A DNA stretch of 63,211 nucleotides, counting the filler, from Octopus bimaculoides (taxonomy: Eukaryota), in assembly GCF_001194135.2 (NCBI RefSeq). It is 5 parts of 4 records of this genome, joined end to end, with 100 filler letters (N's around TTAATTAATTAA, not from the genome) between each part and the next. Parts side by side here need not be neighbours in the genome. Positions count along the whole stretch, not along the records: positions 1 to 18,137 come from NC_068983.1; 4 more parts are not named here. One strand, 5' to 3'. The position numbers and the translations under genes were made by a program. Positions within the stretch are counted from its first letter, which is position 1. Each line of letters opens with the position of its first letter. This document shows, one piece after another, positions 1 to 12,150 of the stretch. The notes beneath the pieces are model-generated. The model was given only the letters and a program-made list of their open reading frames with translations, was not told the DNA's origin and made no database searches.

Positions 1-556
1 TGTGGGTAATAATGCTGGTGTTTTGGGTTTTTGGTTTTCCCGTGGCTGTTGTTGTTGTTGCTGTTGTTTCGCGACAGAATTGCAATCCTTTTGGAAGTGA
101 GCTTCACTGCCACATATGTAACAGCGTGGTCGTCTGCCTTCCACCACTACATACAGCCTTTGCGTTGACGGTAACTTTATGTCGGTGGGTATTTTATTTA
201 GTGACTCCTGGGTAATATGGAGAAGGATCTCCATTTTTTTACCCACCCACTGTTGCTTTTCAGAAACATTAATTTGCAATATGTCAACTTCCTCCATATC
301 GACACATACGGCTGATGTTATCCATAGTGTGTCTACCGTGGGAGGAATATTTTTTATGATAACCCTTGTTACCCTCTGACCAAGGTAACTCAGTATCATT
401 GTTAACTCTTCTGTCTTAAGAGTTAACGTCGAGAATCGTTTCGCTAACTCTTCACTTTGAAAAATAACTTGCACATGGGCAAATTTATGCCACCAAGTTA
501 CATAATCTTTATATTGCCATACAGATCTCAAGCATTTCTCGATCTTTTCCGTGCTT
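1..556 (-). mobile_element. Tx1/L1-like non-LTR retrotransposon ORF1 (gag-like) fragment with CCHC zinc knuckle
   Basis: Minus frame is open across 1-556 (missed by the ORF track because it runs off the window): TEKIEKCLRSVWQYKDYVTWWHKFAHVQVIFQSEELAKRFSTLTLKTEEL...VVVEGRRPRCYICGSEAHFQKDC; C-X2-C-X4-H-X4-C at 82-123; clearly homologous to the ORF at 32176. Sequence 971-1316 beyond the gap may be its N-terminus. Clade assignment is from recall of Tx1-type ORF1 architecture. Confidence 0.75.
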
Positions 557-1324
557 NNNNNNNNNNNNNNNNNNNNNNNNNNNNNNNNNNNNNNNNNNNN
601 NNNNNNNNNNNNNNNNNNNNNNNNNNNNNNNNNNNNNNNNNNNNNNNNNNNNNNNNNNNNNNNNNNNNNNNNNNNNNNNNNNNNNNNNNNNNNNNNNNNN
701 NNNNNNNNNNNNNNNNNNNNNNNNNNNNNNNNNNNNNNNNNNNNNNNNNNNNNNNNNNNNNNNNNNNNNNNNNNNNNNNNNNNNNNNNNNNNNNNNNNNN
801 NNNNNNNNNNNNNNNNNNNNNNNNNNNNNNNNNNNNNNNNNNNNNNNNNNNNNNNNNNNNNNNNNNNNNNNNNNNNNNNNNNNNNNNNNNNNNNNNNNNN
901 NNNNNNNNNNNNNNNNNNNNNNNNNNNNNNNNNNNNNNNNNNNNNNNNNNNNNNNNNNNNNNNNNNNNNNTTTCTTGTGTACTCCTCTGACCTTCATATG
1001 AGTTACGAAGTGGCGGGAAATTTTTTTCATAATTTTCTTCGGCGTTCAGGCGTATTTGAGCAAATTGTTTGGCCATCATGCTCTTCTCTTTCTCTCCTTC
1101 CGTTGTCTGTGGGGAAAGGAACAAAAGAGGAGTGGAGTTGTTGTTGTTCTTTTTGTTATTGTTGTTCTTGGTGGTAGTGGTGGCTGCGATGTCGGTGGCA
1201 GTAGTGGTTTTGGTTTTGTTGTCGTTAGTGGCGGTCGTAATGGTGGTAGTGGAGGTGGTGAAGGCAGTAGTAGTAAACGCAGTATTCCTGGTAGATCTTC
1301 CTTCAGTTTCCACCATGTGTATTT

Positions 1325-1668
1325 CACTGATTGTAATATCACACTCTACCGATTATATTGCACCACTCAGATTGTATTAGCGCTACCCACTAATTGTATT
1401 AGTACCGCCCATTGATTGTACAAGCACTACCCTCTGATGGTATTAGCAATACCCATTGATCCTGTTAGCACCATCTACTAATTGTATTAACACCACCCAC
1501 TGATTGAACTAGCACCACCTTCTGATTGTATTAGCACCGCTCATTGATTGTATTAGTACCACCCATTGATTGTCCAAGCACCATGTACTGATGGTATTAG
1601 TACCACCCACTGATTCTGCTAGCACTGCCTACTGGTTGTATTAGCACCACCAACTGATTGTACTTGCA
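1325..1668. repeat. 22-bp minisatellite (~15 units, consensus ~AGCACCACCCACTGATTGTATT) with 154-bp higher-order period
   Basis: Unit starts at 1379, 1401, 1423, 1445, 1467, 1489, 1511, 1533, 1555, 1577, 1599, 1621, 1643; diagnostic variants recur 154 bp apart. Confidence 0.9.
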
Positions 1669-2619
1669 TATAAATATCTGAATATTTCACACGTAGTTGT
1701 GCCATTAACGTAATCTTAATGCTGAATCAGCGTGTGACAAACAGGACATTTTAAGTACAAGCACAGTCTGTTTGATAGGCTACCACATAGTTTCCATTTA
1801 CCCAGTTTCAAACTTGGATTGATCTGAAACCGTAGTAAAAGACACATGCCCGAGATGTTATGCAATTGGATTAAACTCTGGTCGCATGATTGTGTCACAT
1901 ATATGCAATTTATATCTGCATCTCATACATATATACACACATACTCATCTATACAGATACACATACAAACAAATACACTCAGTCACACACAAACATATAT
2001 ACATAACTTTCAAACATACAAAGACAAAGAGGTAAACGGCAGATAGATAAAACTATAGATTGCTAGATAGATGGATAGTTAGATAAGTAGATATTGTATT
2101 TCATTGTAAATGATAGGGCAATTACAAAAAAATCTAGTTTAAGGTGAGTTCTTGGTAGGAAAGGTTGTATAATTTAGTTATGTACGTATTTAATCGTATG
2201 GACATCTTTTCATTCCCTTCGCAATTTTCAAGATTAGATAAGGAATGGTAAAAATTTGTGCCTTTCCCATGGGTATTAGCAATATAATTAAAGCGTAATT
2301 ATTTTAGCTAAGATAGAAATCGGGTCACAATGTTGGCGCACCAGGAGCGTATATCTTCTCCTAGGGAACTTATTATTTTTTTTAGAATATATAATATTGA
2401 TGAAAGAGTGAATAAGTGAATGTATGTTTGCTTGTGTGTGTCGTGGTCCACGCATATGTACCATTGCGTGCGCGCGTGTTACATTTTTGTATACACTGGG
2501 TCTTCAGGCTAAATTTGACAGTTTGCATAAAAGAATAAGAAAACACAATATCCCAACCAAAAATAAAAGCATGTTAAAAAAAATCAAAAAATATTAACTA
2601 CATTATAGCTGGGAGATTC

Positions 2620-3260
2620 GAATTTATTCAAAGCAACCGCCCTCAGCTCCCACCATGGTCTTGATACGGCTCTGGGACCTGGTGCATGCGTCCCTCACTG
2701 TGTCCCTATGAAGATCTTCGAATACCTATTTGATTTTGGCCACCAGCTCGACCTTGATGTTGCAGGCAGAGCGGTTGGTGTCTTTCTCAACCGCGTATCA
2801 CTCATAGTAATCTATAGGATTCGGGTGAATTTGGAGGCCAGAAATTGGGGTTGGTAAAATCGTTGAAATTCTCTGACAATCACTTCTGACTCTTCCCGGA
2901 GGTAAGACAGGGAGCCGAATTCTGCAGTTACACACACGGCCTTCCAACAGCAACTCTTTCCAGTTAAGATTTGACCACATTCTCCAGTAGCTTCACGTAG
3001 CCGTCTGAATTGAAACTAAGGCCCTGTTTATCAGTTATTGGATGAATTCTGGCGTGCGAACGCAGTCAGAACGCCTGCTATGTCCCTTCCTGCTGACCAC
3101 AGCTTCGTAGGCTCCGTTGCAGCTACCCATGTCACGTCATACAGCCTTTACAGTATTCACAGAGCATTGAGCAGCAGCAGTCACGGTACCAGCATTTTGA
3201 TACCCGGCCTGAATCATCACGATACAGTTAGCTCTTTTCCAATGTTGAAATGGCTTCAAT
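2620..3260 (-). mobile_element. Degenerate, internally deleted Tc1/mariner DD37D (maT-like) transposase
   Basis: Minus-strand SDGYVKLLENVVKS*LERVAVGRP..., WPPNSP..NPIDYYE*YAVEKDTN..., homologous to the 25388-26653 element; stops and frameshifts. Confidence 0.75.
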
Positions 3261-3628
3261 TCTTCCATGTCAGCCAACTTTTTCACAACTACAGCTTTAA
3301 TTTTTAAGCTCTCCAATGCCGTTGACCATTCACCAATATACTAAGCTCGTCATTAAAAAAAAAAAAAAAAAAAAAACAGGAGGGACATAAGAAGATCGTC
3401 AAATTTAGCCCGAACACACTGTATGTATATGTGCATTGTTAATATATGCGAGCAACTATGGCCAAGCGGTTTCATTTTGCGCTCATAAAATCCCGGGTCT
3501 GATTCCATTACAAAATTGTGTAGACAGAAATTGCGAGGAAACCTATCGGATGGGGTGCAATAGCAGTTCTAAGAACCAGCCTTGTAACATGCTATGTCAT
3601 GTTGTTTCTACTTCAGTTTTACGTTAAG

Positions 3629-3843
3629 GGAAGGCAGCGAGCTGGCAGGATCGTTAGAACGCCGGACAAACTGCTTAGCGACATTTCTTTCAGCTTTATG
3701 TTCTGAGTTCAAACTCTGCTGAGGTTGACTTTGCCTTTCATCCTTTCAGGGTCGATAAAACAAGTACCAGTTGAACATTGGGCTCAATGTAATTGACTTA
3801 TTCCCTCCCACGAAATTGTTAGCCTTGTACCAACATTTGAGAT
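3629..3843 (+). mobile_element. tRNA-headed SINE with Nin/Deu-like core (family B)
   Basis: GGCAGCGAGCTGGCAG...GAGTTCAAA head, core GCCTTTCATCCTTTCAGGGTCGATAAAACAAGTACCAG; further copies at ~11891-12015, ~46765-46970, ~58474-58650 (+) and ~31435-31560, ~58880-59090 (-). Confidence 0.75.
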
Positions 3844-4879
3844 CATTATTATTATCATTAAAATGCTTTGCAAGATTTCATTTGCTGGGATCGAGCTAAT
3901 CGGGTACATCTTTCCAAAAATTTCAGGTGTTGTGCCTCTAGTAGAAAGGAGTATTGTGTTAAGGTACCCAACCTCTGACGCTATAAGGCAAGAAACAAAC
4001 GAATCAGCTGACCTAATAACTGGAAATATTCATCGTCAAAAGCGACGAAGAATCCGTTTTCTTTTATTTACTGTAAATAAGTATTATTTAAGCATGCATT
4101 GATATGTTTATATGTATGTGGGTGTTTCTTGCTACATGTCTAATTATTGTTCTACTTGTATAATTGCTGTAGACGTAAACTGTCTCTATTTCATTGAAAG
4201 ATGTGGTGTCTAAATTGTTTCCTCGGTATTTTTATATCTCTTCCTTATCTGGAATGTTTTTAGAAGATTATGTTGCTGTCAACAAGGCTGTTCCTATTCT
4301 GCTCTACAACCCTGTGCATTTCTTTGACAAGGCAATTTCAACAAGAATATCTTTAGTAACAAAGGCGCAAATAATACCATATATAATATACATTTATTCA
4401 AGTTTCTTAACTTTAGGCACAATTTTAGAGTTGGAAAAGTAAATAGTGTGTTTGTATACCCTTTCATCAGAGCATTAATGACCTATATTACATCTATTCA
4501 GTAACTGAAACTGCATCGCAGTTGACCTGCCAAGTGTTTCTCTCTTGCTTTGCGACGCTTGTCGCAAAACTATACGTAAGTTAATACTTCTAATAGATTA
4601 AATAATTTTTGCATATTCCTAGGCTGGAAATAATTCTTTATTGGCCTACTTATTCAAGAAATTATAAGCCATACATCCATAAAAAAGTGAAGAGCAAGAT
4701 ACAGAAATCATTTAAGTGTCGACGACTTAGGAAGGATGTCGAAAGTTCTGTAAAGAGTCAAACTATTATTGGGGAAGTACGCTTAGATAAATATCAATTT
4801 ATTGCACAATTTTAACGATACCCATGCTATGAATTCAGTTCTTTTACAATGGAGTTAATACAACATTATTAATAACAGC

Positions 4880-5190
4880 TACGACGTGGATTCAAAAGTT
4901 TATAGGCTGCAGTAATTTCAACTTTTCTTATTAATAACTGCATAAATGACATCTAACTGTTCAAAGAAGGCTTCAAAAGTAACTAATAGCAACTTCTCTT
5001 GAAAATCGACAAAATTTGGCATCGTACTATTATCAAGTACCTGCAGAAAAAGGGCTTGTCTCCCAAGGACATTAACACTGACATAGTTGCTACATTAGAG
5101 GATAACACTTCAGCTTTACCAACAGTGCAAAAGTAGACAACTGAATTTAGGAGGGGAACGGAGAGTCTTAACGATGACCCAAAGTCTGTC
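4880..5190 (+). mobile_element. Mariner transposon 5' remnant (TIR plus N-terminal HTH)
   Basis: TACGACGTGGATTCAAAAGT TIR-like start; KIDKIWHRTIIKYLQKKGLSPKDINTDIVATLEDNTSALPTVQK*TTEFRRGTESLNDDPKS matches the mariner N-terminus. Confidence 0.7.
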
Positions 5191-5677
5191 TGTCCTGCTG
5201 GTTTCCTTGAACGTTTCCTCCATCATCGGAGAGGTATAGGTTCGACAGTGGAAGAAAGTTCCTCGTCAATGATATTTGTTGTGATTCATTATGTCCAGGA
5301 GAGTGGAAGGGTTCAGTTAAATTCAGTTAGATCGGGTATTCTTTAGGTAAATCCCTCATCAGCAAGGATGGTTGGTAGTACACCATGATGAGAAGAAGAA
5401 AAAGATGTTTTTGTAGTACACCATTGTGAGGAAAAATAAATACTAACATTCTAAAGTTGTGAAAATACTGTCTAACCTATATCTCACCAATGACGGAATA
5501 CTCACCTACAAAGTCTTCGCTTGATACGATACCTCAATAGCAGGGATATCCCGGAAACAGCTGTCAAAGACTATTTTTTATTTTTTACCATTCGTTATGT
5601 AATTAAATAAGATTAAATTAAATGAAATGTCCTTGTCATGCCCTGCCTAATTGCTTGCCTTTCCTCACTACTTTACA

Positions 5678-6228
5678 TACATACATACATACATGCATAT
5701 ATACATACATACATACATACATACATACATACATACACACATGCATGTATGCATACATACATACATACATACATACATACACACATGCATGTATGCATAC
5801 ATACATACATACATACATGTATGCATACATACATGCATACATACATGCATACATACATACATACATACACACATGCATGTATGCATACATACATACATAC
5901 ATACATACATACACACATGCATGTATGCATACATACATACATACATGCATACATACATACATGCATGTATGCATACATACATGCATGCATGCATGCATAC
6001 ATACATGCATGCATGCATACATGCATACATGCATACATACATACATGCATACATACATACGTGCATACATATATACATACATACATGCATACATACATAC
6101 ATACATGCATACATGCATACATACATGCATGCATACATACATGCATACATACATACATGCATACATATATACATACATGCATGCATACATGCATACATAC
6201 ATACATACATACATACATACATACATAC
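5678..6228. repeat. Compound (TACA)n/(TGCA)n microsatellite
   Basis: Direct reading; source of six spurious ORFs in the track. Confidence 0.97.
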
Positions 6229-6319
6229 AGAAAAGACGCATAGACTATCAAAGAAAAGCTGCATTTGAAAACAAATTTGTACAAATAATTTTGAGAATAT
6301 TTTTTATCACACTTATTCG

Positions 6320-7200
6320 ATGAATCCACCATTAGCATTAATGGCGGCTTCAATACGGGGTCGGAAGCGTTAACATGCCGGAATTAGATGGTCTTTATCA
6401 ATTTTGGACACATTGCTGGTTATGACTGATTTGAAAGATTTATGGCGTTATGGGGGTATTGATTGACCTCTCTCTCGACAACGCCTCATATGTAATAATC
6501 CAGTAGACTGAGGTCTGGTAAGCTAGGCGGCCATGTGTCTGGGAGAACATGACCATGCAGATTGGGTTGTACAAGCCTTATGAATTGAACCTTGTTGGAA
6601 GACGTACGGTATTCTGCTGCGTTCCTCTATGTATCCAAGGCTTCACAATTTTCTCCAATAGCTCTGTGCAGAAAGCGGCATCGACTCTGAAGCCCTGTGA
6701 AAAGAAGTGAGGTGGCATGACATATCCCTTGTTGCTGACGACTTCTGGAACCATCACAGTTGTTGTGAACTTAGAATGCATGACCGTTGGGACCTAATTC
6801 GGGTCTCTGCATAACCATCTTTTCTTCCTTCAGTTTACCCTTTGGCTTTGATCAAAGTGTTTCTCATCGGAGAAAAACCAAAGCATTCCACCCTCTTGTT
6901 TAGCAAGCACTTTGCACGGATAGAACGATTCTGTCTTGTCGCATTCAATATAAACTGATCCCTCCACCACACATACCACTTGTACCAGATGTTATCATGC
7001 ACAACTCTTCTGATGGTGCATTCTGAAAACTTGAGGTCTTTGCAATGGTTTTGATTGCAATTGTTTTTATCGATTATTTCTTAGACTTCTTGTACCAAGT
7101 TATGTGTTCTGATGGTATTAGGACCCTGTGCAGGCGTTTGCCTTCAGCTGGTAATGTTGAATCCCCGTAAGCAGCTTCCAGATCCTTTCGAACTTTGACA
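6320..7200 (-). mobile_element. Degenerate DD37D (maT-like) Tc1/mariner transposase
   Basis: VPTVMHSKFTTTVMVPEVVSNKGYVMPPHFFSQGFRVDAAFCTELLEKIVKPWI and DTWPPSLPDLSLLDYYI*GVVEREVN...RFRPRIEAAINANGGFIE*. Confidence 0.8.
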
Positions 7201-8007
7201 ACGAAGGATCGGACAAATTTCAGGAAGCTAGCTATCTTTGTATCTTTATGCCGAACTTTTAAGGCAACGGTTACAGTGTGCCTGTAGCATTAGCAGGGCT
7301 GTCGAATTACTTCACCCCAGCGTAGCAGCACACTGGTGCTGCGTTCCACCGCTCTTTAAAAGTTAGCAGCGGAAGAATACACATGACGACTTTCGCCCAG
7401 AGTAATAGCGCGCGCTTTTCAAAAGCGTTTTATCCAGTCGCTGTCTTTAATGTCGAAACGTTAACATCTAGTTCCCTTTCGTCGCTGTTTTGCTTTATCC
7501 CATTCAGATGTAGAAACTAATCTATCGACGAGCTTGTGACTTGTCTAGCACGACACACTATGTGATTTCTACCACGCCTCGCTACCGCTTCAAAACTTAT
7601 TGGATATTTTAAATTTACAGCCAAATACCGGAGCTAACTACCTTGATGTGCATTAAGGAATTAACTCATGCCTTCTACACCCTATTGTCTTGTACGCTTA
7701 TCTCTGTTGTGCCAGCTACTTCACGTGTGAGCAAGGAATAAATAGCTTTTGTTAACCAAAAGCATTACCTTCTGATTTTTATCGTTGCCTTTATGTAAAA
7801 CATGCATCTATACGTTTCAAACCTTCTTACTTGCACACATCTAAATATACTTCCTTAATTGGTAAAGCCCAACTCTTAATTAACCTCTTATTCATTGCTA
7901 AGTCAACCTGCTGTCTAACATTATTTATCTGAAAAGCAAGTTAAGAAAATAAGTTACAAGAAAGTTAGAGTTCTTAAAAGAGGTGTCCTCAAAAAGACTG
8001 ACGCACC

Positions 8008-8010
<3 letters not shown>

Positions 8011-8084
<74 letters not shown>

Positions 8085-8097
8085 TGTGTGTGTGTGA
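8011..8097. repeat. (TG)n microsatellite
   Basis: Direct reading; many similar (CA/TG)n, (TA)n, (TC)n and (TAGA)n tracts occur through the window (e.g. 15083-15195, 51180-51230, 51390-51443). Confidence 0.97.
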
Positions 8098-8739
8098 CTT
8101 TTCCACCACTTCAAGCATCGTGTTGCCTTGTTAGTTATCTATAGTACGTACTGAGAAGTCAAGATATTCAAAGCTATCATACATTGACCAAATTATGTTG
8201 CCAACCTCCACAACAGTTCCAATATATAGCATACACTAAATACAATAAGGCTCTACACTACATCACAGCATTACATCATCCCATATAAGAATTAAGCGTA
8301 ATACATCCTCGTTGCTGGACATTGAAAGCTGTTTTCAAGCCTTCGGACTTAGTCCTCGGTCATGTTAGACTAAAACTGACTGAGATTTACAAAGTAATTT
8401 CAATTTTTAGGTTTTGGTCAACCGTTAAGCTGTAACTATGCCGTTATTAAAATAGCCTCGCTCTTCCTATCTAGTAAGTTCCATCGTTAATCAACATCTG
8501 TTTGTCTCCTGTTTTCTCATAATACAAATATCATTGCATTTATTCATAGAAACTTATTATATTTTCTCCCATGCCAATAATATTTTTTCACACACCCAAA
8601 AACTCGGTATATTACTTTGAAATATTGCAATGCTTTTAATATCTGCTTTTTCGAAACCTGTATACAAGGTTTTACAAAGTTGTTTGTTAAACAATCAGAA
8701 TAGTGCATAATACACACACACACACACACATACACACAA

Positions 8740-8797
<58 letters not shown>

Positions 8798-8959
8798 GCG
8801 CGCGCTAATGTATGTATCTGCGCGCGCGCGCGCAAGCACTAAAATAAACCCTGTACGTCAATACTGCATTGATGCATAAGCATAAAGGTTTCAATAAACA
8901 ATAAATGCATGTGCACAGGTGTATTCTCTATATTTGTATAACCATAGAGAGAACCAATA

Positions 8960-9115
8960 CTCTTTTACTCTTTTACTTGTTTCAGTCATTTGACTGCGGC
9001 CATGCTGGAGCACCGCCTTTAGTCGAGCAAATCGACCCCAGGGCTTATTCTTTGGATGCCTAGTACTTATTCTATCGGGTCTTTTGCCGAACCGCTAAGT
9101 TACGGGGACCTAAAC
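8960..9115 (-). mobile_element. 3' half of the dominant tRNA-headed SINE (family A)
   Basis: CTTTTACTTGTTTCAGTCATTTGACTGCGGCCATGCTGGAGCACCGCCTTTAGTCGAGCAAATCGACCCCAGG; other 3' halves at ~9590-9775, ~12030-12152, ~33480-33600, ~36345-36550, ~39690-39895, ~47120-47280. Confidence 0.85.
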
Positions 9116-9534
9116 NNNNNNNNNNNNNNNNNNNNNNNNNNNNNNNNNNNNNNNNNNNNNNNNNNNNNNNNNNNNNNNNNNNNNNNNNNNNNNNNNNNNN
9201 NNNNNNNNNNNNNNNNNNNNNNNNNNNNNNNNNNNNNNNNNNNNNNNNNNNNNNNNNNNNNNNNNNNNNNNNNNNNNNNNNNNNNNNNNNNNNNNNNNNN
9301 NNNNNNNNNNNNNNNNNNNNNNNNNNNNNNNNNNNNNNNNNNNNNNNNNNNNNNNNNNNNNNNNNNNNNNNNNNNNNNNNNNNNNNNNNNNNNNNNNNNN
9401 NNNNNNNNNNNNNNNNNNNNNNNNNNNNNNNNNNNNNNNNNNNNNNNNNNNNNNNNNAAAACAACAACAGACGAGGACAGGTGGTACACACACAAACACA
9501 TACATACATATATGTGTGTGTGTGTGTGTGTGTG

Positions 9535-9584
<50 letters not shown>

Positions 9585-11858
9585 ATTTGTGTGTCTATGT
9601 TTGTTACCCACCATCGCTTGTATTACGTCCTCGTAAGCTAGCGGTTCGGTAAAAGAGACCGATAGAATAAGTACTAGGCTTACAATGAATATCCTGGGGT
9701 CGATTTGTTCGACCAAAGGTGGTGCTCCACCATGGCCGCAGTCAAAATGACTGAAACAAGTAAAAGAATAAAAAAGAAAGAAAATGTATATATATATATA
9801 TATGTGAACGTGTGTGTGGAGAGAGAGAGAAAGAGAGAAAGCCATTATGAGATCCAGTGCACATGTCGTGTTATATTGCGTGAAGCTATAGTGTTCTAAT
9901 GCATGTATATAGTATGTATGTATGTTGTGTAACACAGGCCCTTCGCCTGGATGTGCTTCAGAATATTCACTGATTTGTAATAATGCTAAAATGGAGTTTC
10001 GAAATAAGTGTTACACTGTAAATCTGAGGATGCACCATTGAATAGTGAGGCGTGGAGGACAGTGCCGTCCAATGCACCCCTTTAGTGACGGGCATGGTGC
10101 AACAATAAACAGTTGCAGTACATGTATATAACGTATGCTTCTCATAAAACTATGGAGTCAGTGACGAGAATGGTGACGATGATGATGTTGATAATGATAG
10201 AGATGAATATGTCTTATGAGATAGTTAAACTGTTGGACACCACTGAAAACTTCTTCCTCTTATAAAGTATGTAAACTTGTTTTCTTCTCCAGGCTATGCA
10301 GTCACAATCTAATTAATTTTGTTCAAACAAATAATTCTCCTTTTAAAACTCTACACAGAGACAGAGAGATAGAGATAGAGAGAGAGACAGAAGAAAGAAA
10401 AGAGTGAGAGAAAGAAACAGGGAAGTGAAAGAGTTTTTTTTTAATATATATAATCGGTTATGAACACAAACTGTATTACTATATTTGGTTACTCTTCTTG
10501 CACATTACTGAATAGATATATGTGATTATTTGCCTTAGTTTACTCCTAACGCGCGCTAGTGACGTCATAGTGGAATAAACAATTCAACGTTGATATATTT
10601 TACATGTTAACACCGAGATTCGGTCAATAAATATGTCGGATCTCCTTGATATAAATTCTTTTGCTTCTGTCAAGCTGCGAGACGAAATACAAATCTAAAA
10701 TAATTAGGACTGAGTTGACAATTAATTAAATGTCAACAAACAAATGTAGGAGTAAAACCTAGAATCTAAATAAACTAATAAAGGTCTGTGACAGAAATAA
10801 TGATAATAATTTATCCAGGCAGACCCTTCGCCTGACTTTAATGTCCGGGGTAGCTTCAGAAGGTTCTGAGTGAGCACTAATTTGAATAAGGCTAAAGTGG
10901 ATTTTCGAAATAAGTATGCCACTGTGAATCCGAGGGTCCACAATCAAATAGTGAGGAGGCAGTGCCGTCCAGTGCAACCACTTAGCAACGGGCATGAATC
11001 CAAGGGTGCTTGTCGGTGACAAAGCCCGAAACGCCAGCATTTTCCCCAACCTTCTCAGCAGGCAAACTTACTGACACCCATTGGATACTTTTTAATTTAA
11101 CAAGTTAAATAAGGGCGTAGCTAGGTTTTAGACCGTGGGTATCCCCAATTATTAACATGGATCCGTCAGTAAGTAATTTATTTTTGCACGTACACGTATN
11201 NNNNNNNNNNNNNNNNNNNNNNNNNNNNNNNNNNNNNNNNNNNNNNNNNNNNNNNNNNNNNNNNNNNNNNNNNNNNNNNNNNNNNNNNNNNNNNNNNNNN
11301 NNNNNNNNNNNNNNNNNNNNNNNNNNNNNNNNNNNNNNNNNNNNNNNNNNNNNNNNNNNNNNNNNNNNNNNNNNNNNNNNNNNNNNNNNNNNNNNNNNNN
11401 NNNNNNNNNNNNNNNNNNNNNNNNNNNNNNNNNNNNNNNNNNNNNNNNNNNNNNNNNNNNNNNNNNNNNNNNNNNNNNNNNNNNNNNNNNNNNNNNNNNN
11501 NNNNNNNNNNNNNNNNNNNNNNNNNNNNNNNNNNNNNNNNNNNNNNNNNNNNNNNNNNNNNNNNNNNNNNNNNNNNNNNNNNNNNNNNNNNNNNNNNNNT
11601 ATATATATACATATATCGTCAGTAAATCATAAATCTGGAGGAGAACCGCATTCTAAGTTATAGGGCAGTAGAGTATTTAGATGAAGATAGTTATGACCGG
11701 TTCATAGAGTTACCCAGGGTTTCGCATCCATAAAGCACTTGGCTTTACATACGTCTCTAGGTTCTGACGAGACGTATGTAAAACCAAGCACTTTGTGGAC
11801 GCGAAACCCTGGGTAACTCTATCAATTGGCCATAACTACCTTTAAATATGTATGTATG

Positions 11859-11892
<34 letters not shown>

Positions 11893-12150
11893 AGGCGAGC
11901 TGGAAAGATTGTTAGCACGCCAGGCGAAATGTTTAGCGGCATCTCATCTATCTTCACGTTCTGGGTTCAAACGCCACCGGGGTCGACTTTGCCTTGTGAC
12001 AAAATTTGAAACCAATGTGTATATATTCTTTCTTTTATTCTCTTACTTCTTTCAGTCATTTGACTGCGGCTAAGCTGGAGCACCACTTTTAGTTGAACGA
12101 ATCGACCCCAGGACTTATCCTTTGTAAGCCTAATTGTTTTATTCTATCGG

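Noticed and set aside
5622-6353. 200+ aa ORFs (HTYI/MYVC repeats), also at 39895-40220, 41840-42280, 57105-57591, 60316-60685
   Set aside because: Translations of (TACA)n/(TG)n/(TA)n microsatellites that lack stop codons; not genes.
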